Source of the DNA: Gemmatimonadales bacterium
GTDB lineage: Bacteria > Gemmatimonadota > Gemmatimonadetes > Gemmatimonadales > GWC2-71-9
Reading direction: 5' to 3'
Assembly: GCA_039794085.1 (NCBI GenBank)
Contig: JBDIWC010000010.1
Coordinates: 1 to 64,000 of the forward strand
DNA: 64,000 bases
Position numbers and translations under genes: made by a program. This document shows, in pieces, positions 53,770 to 62,488 of the stretch. The notes under the pieces were generated by a model that saw only the letters and a list, made by a program, of their open reading frames with translations, had not been told where the DNA came from and ran no database searches. Each line of letters opens with the position of its first letter. The first letter of the stretch is position 1.

Positions 53770-55579
53770 CCCCCGGGAAGCCTTGCGCCGAACCGTCGCC
53801 GCGCTTCCCGAAGTCCCGGGCGTGTACGTCTGGAGAGATGCCGAGGGGACCGTTCTCTACGTCGGGAAGGCGAAGCGACTGCGCAGCCGGGTGCGGAGCT
53901 ACCTGGCCCCCGCCGCGGGGCTCGGACCCAAGGATCAGCTCCTTCGCCGACTCCTGGCCCGGGTGGAGACACTCGTGGTCTCCACCGAGACCGAGTCCCT
54001 GTTGCTGGAAAACACCCTGATCAAGGAGCACCAGCCGCGCTTCAACATCCTGCTGCGGGATGACAAGACCTACCCGTCCATCGCGGTGACCATGGCGGAG
54101 CCCTTCCCGCGGATCCTCGTCACCCGTCAACGGAACATTCCCGGCGCCCGCTACTTCGGCCCCTTCACCGATGTGTCGGATCTGCGCACGGCCCTCTCCG
54201 TGATCCGCCGCATCTTCACCGTGCGCACCTGCACCGATGATCTGCCCCGGGAGCGACGGGACCGCCCCTGTCTCGACTATCACATCATGCGGTGCCGCGC
54301 CCCGTGCGTCGGGCTTGAGAGCCGGGAACACTACGGGGCGATGATCCGCGAGGTGATCCGGTTCCTCGAGGGGCGCACCGTCGATGTGCGCACCCGGCTT
54401 CGGGACCGCATGCTCGAGGCCAGCGCCCGGGAGGACTTCGAGTCCGCCCGCGAGATCCGCGATACCTTGCGCTGGCTCGAACAGGTGGAGGCCCCCAACA
54501 CGGTCGAACTCGCGGGAACCGGGGACGCCGACGTCGTGGGGTGGGCCCGCGATGGCGACGACGCCGTCGGGGTTGTGCTCCGGGTGCGGGAGGGGAGGGT
54601 GACGGGACGCGAACATCGCTTCCTGGAAAACGTCCTCGGCACCGAGGACCCCGAGGCGCTCTCCGCCTTTCTCCTGCGCTACTACCTGATCGCCGGCCAT
54701 CGGGCGCCGACGTTGCTTCTCCCCTTCGCCCCCGACCAACCCGACGCGATGGAATCCCTTCTCGCTCCGGACACGACCATCATCCATCCTCATCGCGGTC
54801 GCCGCTATCGATGGATCGAACTGGCCGAACAGAACGCGCGGCATCTCATGGAGAGCTTTCACATCGAAGCGTTCGGCGGCGCCGAACGCGCCGACGACCC
54901 GGTCTACGCGCTGGGGAGAGAACTCGGGCTCACCGTCGTTCCTCGCCTCCTCGCCTGCGTCGACATCTCCACCAATCAGGGCCGCGACACCGTCGGATCC
55001 CTCGTCGTGTTCGACGGAGGGCGCCCCCGGAAGGCCGAGTACCGGAAATTTCGCATCCAGGGCCCCGGACAGCAGGACGACTACGCCGCCATCCACGAGG
55101 TGGTAGTCCGGTACGTGACCCGCCGGGTGGACGAGAATCGCCCCCTTCCCGATCTCCTCGTCATCGACGGCGGCAAGGGTCAGCTCGGGGCCGCCATCGC
55201 GGCGCTCGCCGAGGTCGGTCGTCCCGACATTCCGGTGATCAGTCTGGCCAAACGGGACGAAGAGGTTTTTCTTCCCGGCCGGCCGGAACCGCTCCGGCTG
55301 CCGAGGCGAAGCGCGGGGTTGCGATTGCTGCAGCGGGCCCGCGACGAGGCGCACCGCTTCGGAGTCACCTACAGTCGGAAACGGCGCGCGGCGCGTACCC
55401 TCACCTCGGAACTCCTGGCGATCCCCGGAGTGGGGCCCCGGCGCCGGAGTCTCCTGATCCAGCGTTTCGGCAGCCTGGCCGGCGTCCGCTCGGCGTCGGC
55501 GGGGGAGATTGCCACCCTTCCTGGGTTTTCCACCAGATTGGCCGAGCGAGTCCTCGAATTCCTGAAAGAGAATACCTGA
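53762..55579 (+). CDS. uvrC: Excinuclease ABC subunit C
   Basis: PGVY, YVGKAKRLRSRV, FNILLRDDKTYP, DISTNQG, IDGGKGQL, RDEAHRF, HhH. Confidence 0.96.
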   Translation: MDDPREALRRTVAALPEVPGVYVWRDAEGTVLYVGKAKRLRSRVRSYLAPAAGLGPKDQLLRRLLARVETLVVSTETESLLLENTLIKEHQPRFNILLRDDKTYPSIAVTMAEPFPRILVTRQRNIPGARYFGPFTDVSDLRTALSVIRRIFTVRTCTDDLPRERRDRPCLDYHIMRCRAPCVGLESREHYGAMIREVIRFLEGRTVDVRTRLRDRMLEASAREDFESAREIRDTLRWLEQVEAPNTVELAGTGDADVVGWARDGDDAVGVVLRVREGRVTGREHRFLENVLGTEDPEALSAFLLRYYLIAGHRAPTLLLPFAPDQPDAMESLLAPDTTIIHPHRGRRYRWIELAEQNARHLMESFHIEAFGGAERADDPVYALGRELGLTVVPRLLACVDISTNQGRDTVGSLVVFDGGRPRKAEYRKFRIQGPGQQDDYAAIHEVVVRYVTRRVDENRPLPDLLVIDGGKGQLGAAIAALAEVGRPDIPVISLAKRDEEVFLPGRPEPLRLPRRSAGLRLLQRARDEAHRFGVTYSRKRRAARTLTSELLAIPGVGPRRRSLLIQRFGSLAGVRSASAGEIATLPGFSTRLAERVLEFLKENT

Positions 55580-55580
55580 A

Positions 55581-56744
55581 ATGTCCGATGCCCCCTGGTC
55601 CCTCGAATGTTCCGAATGCGGCTCCCGCGCCGCCGCCGCCGGTCTCCCCACGGTGTGCCCGTGCGGCCGGCCCTGGCTGGTGCGCTACACCTCCCGACCG
55701 GTGGCGGCCGACCGGGCCCTGCCCGTCACCGACCGGGGCATGTGGGGTTGGAAAGGATTCCTCCCTCTCGGGGCCGGCGAAGCGCCGGTGACCCTCGGGG
55801 AAGGGAACACTCCCCTTCTCGACGTCCCCCGGTTGCGGGAGGCGCTCCGTCTCCCCGGTCTGCTGGTGAAGGATGAGGGGCTCAACCCGACCGGAAGCTT
55901 CAAGGCCCGGGGGCTGAGCGCCGCCGTCACCCGGGCCACCCATGCCGGAGCCACGGGCTTCGTTCTTCCCACCGCAGGCAACGCCGGTGTTGCGGCCTCG
56001 GCCTATGGCGCGAGGGCTGGCGTTCCGGTTCGGATCTTTGCTCCCCGGACCACGCCCGCCGTGATCTGCGCCCAGATGCGCGCCTTTGGCGGCGACCTGG
56101 TGCTGCTCGACGGCCACATCGGGGATTGCGGCAAGGCGTCGCGCGCGTACGCGGCGGAGACCGGGGCGGTCGACCTCTCCACCCTCAAGGAGCCCTACCG
56201 GATCGAGGGGAAGAAGACCATGGGGTTGGAACTTGCGGCACAGGGCGGGTGGACCCTCCCCGACGTGATCATCTATCCGACCGGCGGGGGAACCGGTTTG
56301 ATCGGCATGTGGAAGGCCTTCGGGGAATTGCGGGACGCGGGATGGGTCACGGGGCCCATGCCTCGGATGTTCACCGTGCAGTCAACCGGATGCGCCCCGA
56401 TCGTGCGCGCGTTCGAGTCCGGGGCGGAGGGGGCCGAGCCGTGGCCCGATCCCTGGACCATCGCGAGCGGGTTGCGGGTGCCGGGCCCGATCGGGGACCG
56501 GATCATGCTCCGGATCCTGCGGGAGAGCGGGGGAGGGGCCGTCGCCGTTTCCGATGCGGCGCTCAGCGACATGGCGGACCGGGCGATGCGGCGGGAAGGG
56601 ATCGACGTGGCCCCGGAGGGCGGGGCGGCCCTCGCCGCGGCGGTGACCCTGTGCGAGTCGGGTACGGTGCCCCGCGATGCCCGCATCGTGGCATTCAACA
56701 CCGGGGCGGGATGGCTCTATCGTGATATGACAGGCGCGGGGTGA
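55581..56744 (+). CDS. thrC: Threonine synthase (PLP fold type II)
   Basis: LGEGNTPL, KDEGLNPTGSFKARG, TAGNAG, EGKKTMG, PTGGGTG. Confidence 0.85.
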   Translation: MSDAPWSLECSECGSRAAAAGLPTVCPCGRPWLVRYTSRPVAADRALPVTDRGMWGWKGFLPLGAGEAPVTLGEGNTPLLDVPRLREALRLPGLLVKDEGLNPTGSFKARGLSAAVTRATHAGATGFVLPTAGNAGVAASAYGARAGVPVRIFAPRTTPAVICAQMRAFGGDLVLLDGHIGDCGKASRAYAAETGAVDLSTLKEPYRIEGKKTMGLELAAQGGWTLPDVIIYPTGGGTGLIGMWKAFGELRDAGWVTGPMPRMFTVQSTGCAPIVRAFESGAEGAEPWPDPWTIASGLRVPGPIGDRIMLRILRESGGGAVAVSDAALSDMADRAMRREGIDVAPEGGAALAAAVTLCESGTVPRDARIVAFNTGAGWLYRDMTGAG

Positions 56745-57790
56745 CTCCGCTCCCCTCCGGGACACTGGTCCGGAGCTGGCTCCTGCTCGGCGCCGCCCTG
56801 GTCGCGGCGATGGTCGTGATCGGCGGGATCACCCGGCTCACCGGGTCGGGGCTCTCCATCACCGAGTGGAACGTGCTGATGGGAGCGCTCCCTCCCCTTT
56901 CCGATCGGGCGTGGGAGGCGCTCTTTGCCAAGTACCAGGCCACCCCGCAGTACCAGCTCGTCAACACGCACTTTTCCCTCGCCGAGTTCAAGGCCATTTT
57001 CTGGTGGGAGTACATCCACCGCCTGCTCGGGCGGGCGTTGGGGATCATCTTCCTGGTCCCCTTCCTCTGGTTTCTGCTCCGGGGCCATATCCGGAGGAAT
57101 CAGGTGCCCCGCTTTGCCGCCATCTTCGGACTGGGTGCGTTTCAGGGAGTTCTCGGCTGGTTCATGGTGGCGAGTGGTCTGGTGGATGTCCCCCGGGTAA
57201 GCCACCTGCGGTTGGCCGCCCACCTGGTCACCGCGTTCCTCACCTACGGCCTCATCGTCTGGACCATCCTCGATCTCGCTCCGCGCGGCGGACTGGAGGG
57301 AACACGGGAGACGGTCTCCGGGCCCCTCCGGCGGGTCGCCCTCATGGTCATGGGGCTTCTCGTCCTCCAGATCGTCTACGGTGCCTTCGTGGCGGGACTC
57401 AAGGCGGGGTTCATCTTCAACACCTGGCCGATGATGGGAACCAGGCTTATTCCGCCGGGGATGGGAACCCTCTCCCCTTTCCTGACCGATCCGGTGCAGA
57501 ACCCGGTGACGGTTCAGTTCCTTCACCGCGCGATCGGGACAGTGCTGCTGACGGGTGCGGCCTGGCTCGCGTGGATCGGGCGGCGGGCCCCGGCGCCCGT
57601 GGCGAGATCCACCGCCTGGTTCGGGGGACTGGTGCTGGCACAGTTCGGTCTGGGGGTGGCCACCATTCTCTGGCTCCCCGCCCATCCTGTGCTGCTCGGA
57701 GCAACCCATCAGGCGGGGGCCCTCGGGGTGCTGACCGCTGCTCTGGTCGTGCTCCACCGGATGGGCCGGGACACACCGTCTTCCGGGTGA
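56741..57790 (+). CDS. ctaA: Heme A synthase (COX15/CtaA type 2)
   Basis: GGITRLTGSGLSITEW, WWEYIHRLLGR, GWFMVASG, RLAAHL, QFLHR. Confidence 0.92.
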   Translation: MTPLPSGTLVRSWLLLGAALVAAMVVIGGITRLTGSGLSITEWNVLMGALPPLSDRAWEALFAKYQATPQYQLVNTHFSLAEFKAIFWWEYIHRLLGRALGIIFLVPFLWFLLRGHIRRNQVPRFAAIFGLGAFQGVLGWFMVASGLVDVPRVSHLRLAAHLVTAFLTYGLIVWTILDLAPRGGLEGTRETVSGPLRRVALMVMGLLVLQIVYGAFVAGLKAGFIFNTWPMMGTRLIPPGMGTLSPFLTDPVQNPVTVQFLHRAIGTVLLTGAAWLAWIGRRAPAPVARSTAWFGGLVLAQFGLGVATILWLPAHPVLLGATHQAGALGVLTAALVVLHRMGRDTPSSG

Positions 57791-57830
57791 CAATTGCCTG
57801 ATCCGGCCCGCCATGCGATATTCAAAGTCC

Positions 57831-59183
57831 ATGAGTGACAACCGATTCGCCGTGATTGACCCCTCCGCGGGCGTGAGCGGTGACATGCTCCTCGGGGCGC
57901 TGGTGGACGTGGGTGCTCCCGTCGAGTGGCTCACCGGCCTCCCCGCCCGGCTCGGTCTCGACGGCGTCACGGTCGAGGCGGAGGCGGTGGACCGGTGCGG
58001 CCTCCGGGCCACCAAGGTTACGGTCCGGCTCCCGGGAGGGGTGGAGCCTCCCGGCGATCTCTCCCCGGGGGATCATGAGCCTGCGGATTCCGCGCGCCAC
58101 CATCCCCACGGGGATCACGACCACGGACACGATCACCCACATCCTCACGCCATGCCTGCGCACGGTGCTGCGGGCCATCATCCTGACGGACCCCACCGGC
58201 ACGTCGGGGACCTCATCGCCCTCATCGAACGGGCCCCCCTCTCCGACTGGGTTCGGAGCCGGGCCATTGCCACCTTCCGGCTTCTGGGTGCCGCCGAGGG
58301 CCGCGTGCATGGAATGCCCCCGGAAAACGTCTCCTTGCACGAAGTCGGGGCCCTCGATGCCCTGGTTGATATCGTGGGCGTCGTGGAAGGGTTCGAGCAG
58401 CTCGGCATTCACCGGATCGTGACCCGGCCGGTGGCGCTGGGAGACGGGTGGATTCGGGCCGCCCACGGCGTGATGGCCGTTCCCGCTCCCGCCACGGGCA
58501 TTCTGGCGGAGGGATTGGAGGTGGGACCGAACGGACCGGTCACCGGCGAGGCCACCACCCCCACGGGTGCCGCCCTGCTGCGGGCGCTGGCGGAGGGCCC
58601 GGTGCCCGAGCGGTGGCGTCCCGTTTCGCAGGGCTGGGGGGCCGGCACCCGCAACCCTTCGAGCCATGCCAATGTCTGCCGACTCATCCTGGCGGAGGCG
58701 GTCTCGGAACCGGGCGAGATCTGGACCGTGGCGACTGATGTGGACGACATGTCGCCCGAGTATCTTGAACCGCTTCGTGCGGCGGTGATGGAGGCGGGCG
58801 CGGTGGATCTGCAGGTCTGGTCCACAGCGATGAAGAAGGGCCGGATCGGCTTCCGGGTCGAGGCCCACTGCGCCCTGGCGGATCGCGAGTGCGTGATCGA
58901 GGCGATCTTTCGGCACAGCACGACGGCGGGGGTGCGGTACTGGCGTGCCGAGCGGCAGACCGTTCGCCGTCACTCGGAACAGGTGGAACTGCCGGCGGGA
59001 GCGGTCCGGGTCAAGGTGCTGGCCGGGCCTGGGGGGAGCAGGATGAAGCCGGAATATGACGATGTCGTGGGCATGGCCCGGCGGACCGGCCGCGCCTCCC
59101 TCGACATCGTGGACGATGTTCGACGACTGGCGCCGCGCGGCGGCACGCCAGAGCACGCGGTTACTCACAAGGAGTCGGAATGA
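57831..59183 (+). CDS. larC: Nickel pincer cofactor biosynthesis protein LarC (His-rich)
   Basis: GVSGDMLLGAL, AEGRVHG, HEVGALD, HGVMAVPAPAT, TTPTGAA, MKKGR, KPEYDD. Confidence 0.88.
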   Translation: MSDNRFAVIDPSAGVSGDMLLGALVDVGAPVEWLTGLPARLGLDGVTVEAEAVDRCGLRATKVTVRLPGGVEPPGDLSPGDHEPADSARHHPHGDHDHGHDHPHPHAMPAHGAAGHHPDGPHRHVGDLIALIERAPLSDWVRSRAIATFRLLGAAEGRVHGMPPENVSLHEVGALDALVDIVGVVEGFEQLGIHRIVTRPVALGDGWIRAAHGVMAVPAPATGILAEGLEVGPNGPVTGEATTPTGAALLRALAEGPVPERWRPVSQGWGAGTRNPSSHANVCRLILAEAVSEPGEIWTVATDVDDMSPEYLEPLRAAVMEAGAVDLQVWSTAMKKGRIGFRVEAHCALADRECVIEAIFRHSTTAGVRYWRAERQTVRRHSEQVELPAGAVRVKVLAGPGGSRMKPEYDDVVGMARRTGRASLDIVDDVRRLAPRGGTPEHAVTHKESE

Positions 59184-60658
59184 TCAGGACTGTCCTGGCC
59201 AGCGCCCTGCTGGCACTCACGGCCCTCCCCCTCGCGGCCCAGGAGATCAAGAGCCATCGCCTCTCGGATGCTCAGGCCGCCAAGTTCCAAACCCCGTTGT
59301 GCCCGGTGCTCAAGGGACGGGGGAAGGCGTTTGACAATGGCCAGAAGGCTCTGCGGAAGGCGGCCGAGGAAAAGGACGCCGCCAAGAAGCTGGCCGGGCT
59401 CCAGGAAGCGTACGCCCAGCTCACCCAGGCCGCGACCGAGAACCCGGATGACGCCGCGAGTTGGTATCATCTGGCCCGCGCCTACCTCTACCTGGGTGAT
59501 TCCCGGGGGGCCGACAGTGCCTTCACTCGTGCCGCCGGTCTGATGCCGGCCTGCGAGATCGACATCGACGGCTACCGGCAGAACGGGTGGGCCACCTTGG
59601 CCAACGCGGGGATCGAGTTTTTGAACCAGGAACAAACCGACTCCGCGCTCCATCTCTTCCGGGAGGCGCATCTCCTCTTCAAGAAGTTCCCGCACGTCGC
59701 GATGAACCTCGGAGTGGTCTACGCCAACAGCGGCCGTCCCGACAGTGCGGCCGTGTACTTCGCCCAGGCCATTGAAATCGCCGGGGAGGACACCACCTAC
59801 ACCGACGACCGGGACGCCGCCACGCAGAACCTCGCGGTCATGCTCATCCGGCAGGAAAAGCATGCCGAAGCGGCCAAGGTGTTGCGCCAGTATCTCCAGC
59901 GGCACCCCGACGACATGGATGCCAAACGGTCGCTCACCCAGTCGTTCCGCGCCGCCGGCATGACCGACAGCGCCGAGGCGCTCGACAAGGAACTCCTCAA
60001 CACCCTCGCCTCGATGAACACCGACTCGCTCGACGTCGGCGATCTCATGACCGTCGGGGTGGGGTACTTCCGGGCGGAGAAATATCCCGACGCCGCCAGC
60101 ACCTTCGAGAAGATCATCGCCCGACTCCCCTGGAATCGCGATGCCCATTACAACCTCGCCAATACCTACCTGGCAATCGCCATGAAATTCGCCGACCAGG
60201 TGAAGGCCGACTCGGCCCTGGCCGACAGCGCCCGGAAAGCATGGTCCAGCTTGATTCCGGTGGCCGAACAGCTGATCAAGATCGACCCGATGAGCGCGGA
60301 TGGCCTCCAGATGCTGGCCCAGGCCCACCGCGGCGTGGACAACCAGGAAAAGCTTCTGGAAACGGCGGAAAAGCTGGTGGGGCTCCCCTGGAGCTTCGAA
60401 ATCACCGGGTTCCAGACCGGGAGCCAGTCGGCCCGGTTGATGGCCAATCTGGTCGGTCGCACCCCGATGAACGCCGGCGGAGAGGAGCTCGAACCCGCTC
60501 CGGTGACGATCGTTGTCGAGTTCCTCGATGCGGCCAATCAGGTCGTGGAGACGGTGGAACACACCGTCCCCGTGGTCAAGCCGGGGGAGACCCACAAGAT
60601 CGAGGTCCAAGGCACCAAGGCTGGCATTACGGCCTGGCGCTACCACCGCAAGCCCTGA
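59180..60658 (+). CDS. Exported tetratricopeptide-repeat protein
   Basis: Signal peptide (LALTALPLAAQ); TPR-like helices WYHLARAY, AMNLGVVY, AHYNLANTY. Confidence 0.8.
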   Translation: MIRTVLASALLALTALPLAAQEIKSHRLSDAQAAKFQTPLCPVLKGRGKAFDNGQKALRKAAEEKDAAKKLAGLQEAYAQLTQAATENPDDAASWYHLARAYLYLGDSRGADSAFTRAAGLMPACEIDIDGYRQNGWATLANAGIEFLNQEQTDSALHLFREAHLLFKKFPHVAMNLGVVYANSGRPDSAAVYFAQAIEIAGEDTTYTDDRDAATQNLAVMLIRQEKHAEAAKVLRQYLQRHPDDMDAKRSLTQSFRAAGMTDSAEALDKELLNTLASMNTDSLDVGDLMTVGVGYFRAEKYPDAASTFEKIIARLPWNRDAHYNLANTYLAIAMKFADQVKADSALADSARKAWSSLIPVAEQLIKIDPMSADGLQMLAQAHRGVDNQEKLLETAEKLVGLPWSFEITGFQTGSQSARLMANLVGRTPMNAGGEELEPAPVTIVVEFLDAANQVVETVEHTVPVVKPGETHKIEVQGTKAGITAWRYHRKP

Positions 60659-60669
60659 CCGCTGACCCC

Positions 60670-60700
60670 GGCGGGGGAGAGCTGAGCAACTCCCCCGCCG
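60670..60700 (+). terminator. Hairpin after the TPR gene, overlapping the region upstream of the tRNA
   Basis: CGGCGGGGGA...TCCCCCGCCG stem; weak U-tail. Confidence 0.45.
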
Positions 60701-60739
60701 GTTGACGGGAAGGGTGGAGGAGGCGAAATTACTGGCCTT

Positions 60740-60812
60740 GCGGGCGTAATTCAGTTGGTAGAATGTCAGCTTCCCAAGCTGGACGTCGCCGGTTCGAGTC
60801 CGGTCGCCCGCT
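60740..60812 (+). tRNA. tRNA-Gly (anticodon CCC), CCA not encoded
   Basis: Acceptor GCGGGCG/CGCCCGC, D arm ATTC/GAAT, anticodon loop TTCCCAA, T loop GGTTCGAGTCC. Confidence 0.96.
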
Positions 60813-60975
60813 CTGCGCAAACACCCTGTACGGGCCGTTCACGAACGGCGCCCGTACGTCGTTCAGGGTGCACCCCTCCTTCCCGGGGGGGACAGGTGAC
60901 CCTATCCATGACAATCTCATTGCAGTAGCATGACAACCCCCGCCACCAGTCTTGATTCTGGGACCGGGTGGATCC

Positions 60976-62130
60976 ATGGTCCTCATGTCTCCGGCCCGGC
61001 GGCTCCCCCTGTTTTCCACCTGTCTCTTCTGCCGCACCCCCTTTCCCGCCAACCGGGAGATCGAGTACCTCCCGGTGGGCCGGCGCCTTGCCCATGATGA
61101 GGCCCGGGGGCGCCTCTGGGTGGTCTGCGGCACCTGCGGACGATGGAACCTCGCCCCGTTCGAGGATCGCTGGGAGGCGATCGAGGAGTGCGAACGCCAC
61201 TTCCGCCGGACCCACGTCCGGGTCTCCACCGACAACATCGGTCTCGCCCGGCTGTCCGAGGGTCTCGAACTGGTCCGGATCGGAGATCCCCTCCGCCCCG
61301 AGTTTGCGGCGTGGCGCTACGGACAGCGCTTTCAGCGCCGACACCGGAGGCGCCTGCTGCATGCGGTGGGGAGCCTCGGCGGCGCCGGCATGGTGGGCGC
61401 CCTGCCGTTCGTGGCGGGGCTTCTCGGTCCACTCCCCGCCGTGGCACTCGGCACCACCGCGGCCATCGCCGCCTTCCGTCGCTGGAAGGATCCCGCCGTC
61501 ACCGTCATCGTGGACGGTGACGGCCATCGGGAGGAATTGCAGCTCAATCTGGCCCACGTGCGGGGGGCCGTTCTCATCCGGGACGATACCGTGCCCGACG
61601 GGTGGGGGCTCATGGTCGAGCATCCGGTCGAGACCCGCCCCTCCGGATTCCGGCGCCTCCTGGAGCCGCTCGCGATCGGGTCCACCACTCTGAGCGGGGC
61701 CGACGCTCGGCTCGTCGCCGCTCTGGTTCTCCCCCGGGTGAACGCCCTCGGCGGTGACACGGTAGACGTCGACGAAGCGGTTCGCTGGCTCGAGGCCGCC
61801 GGGGGCCCCTCCCGCGCCTTCCGAACCCTGGCGTGGGCTCCCCTCGTGCGTCCGGCGCTCGACGCCCACCGCGGGACCATGCTCTCGATGCATCCCGGGG
61901 TGCGCCTTGCGCTGGAAATGGCCCTCCACGAGGACGAGGAACGCCGCGCCCTCCAGGGTGAGCTCTCCATCCTCGCCTGGGCCTGGCAGCGCGAGGAGCG
62001 CCTGGCCGGGATTGCCGACCGCCTGGGAATCACCACCGACCTCGCCGAACAGATCGATCACCTCCGGGACCGGGTGGCGCGGGCGGGATCTCCCTCCCTC
62101 CAGACCGGACCCGACGCGCCCTCCACGTGA
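60976..62130 (+). CDS. Hypothetical protein with two CxxC motifs and a central hydrophobic hairpin
   Basis: STCLFC...VVCGTCGRWNL; strong GC3 bias; start 60976 or 60985. Confidence 0.75.
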   Translation: MVLMSPARRLPLFSTCLFCRTPFPANREIEYLPVGRRLAHDEARGRLWVVCGTCGRWNLAPFEDRWEAIEECERHFRRTHVRVSTDNIGLARLSEGLELVRIGDPLRPEFAAWRYGQRFQRRHRRRLLHAVGSLGGAGMVGALPFVAGLLGPLPAVALGTTAAIAAFRRWKDPAVTVIVDGDGHREELQLNLAHVRGAVLIRDDTVPDGWGLMVEHPVETRPSGFRRLLEPLAIGSTTLSGADARLVAALVLPRVNALGGDTVDVDEAVRWLEAAGGPSRAFRTLAWAPLVRPALDAHRGTMLSMHPGVRLALEMALHEDEERRALQGELSILAWAWQREERLAGIADRLGITTDLAEQIDHLRDRVARAGSPSLQTGPDAPST

Positions 62131-62137
62131 CCCCCGC

Positions 62138-62374
62138 AGCAAGCGACTCAACCAGGAAAAGGCACGAAAGGACACGAACGGGGAAGGAGGGGGGCACCTT
62201 TCGTGTCGTGTGTTTTCGTGTGTTTCGTTGTTCCAGTTGTCCCCCGCGCCGGATCACCGGCGGGTGACTCCGGGGCTCCGGGTGTCGTACTCGGAGCTAG
62301 CGGGGAGCAAGAGAGTCAACCATTTCGTGTGTTTTCGTGTATTTCGTGGTTCTGGTTGTCCTCCTCGCCGGATC
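62138..62374. repeat. CACGAAA/TTTCGTG 9-10-mer palindromic repeat, partially duplicated in tandem
   Basis: AGCAAGCGACTCAACCA (62138) ~ AGCAAGAGAGTCAACCA (62306); 62206-62255 ~ 62325-62374. Confidence 0.8.
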
Positions 62375-62488
62375 CCCCCCTCCCGGGGATGACGATTCAT
62401 CACAGACTCCGTAGATTCCGGAGGGCTGGCCGCTCGGGCCCGTCCCGGGATTTCCGTCCGCCGCCCCTTCCTGGAGTCACCCTCGCGG

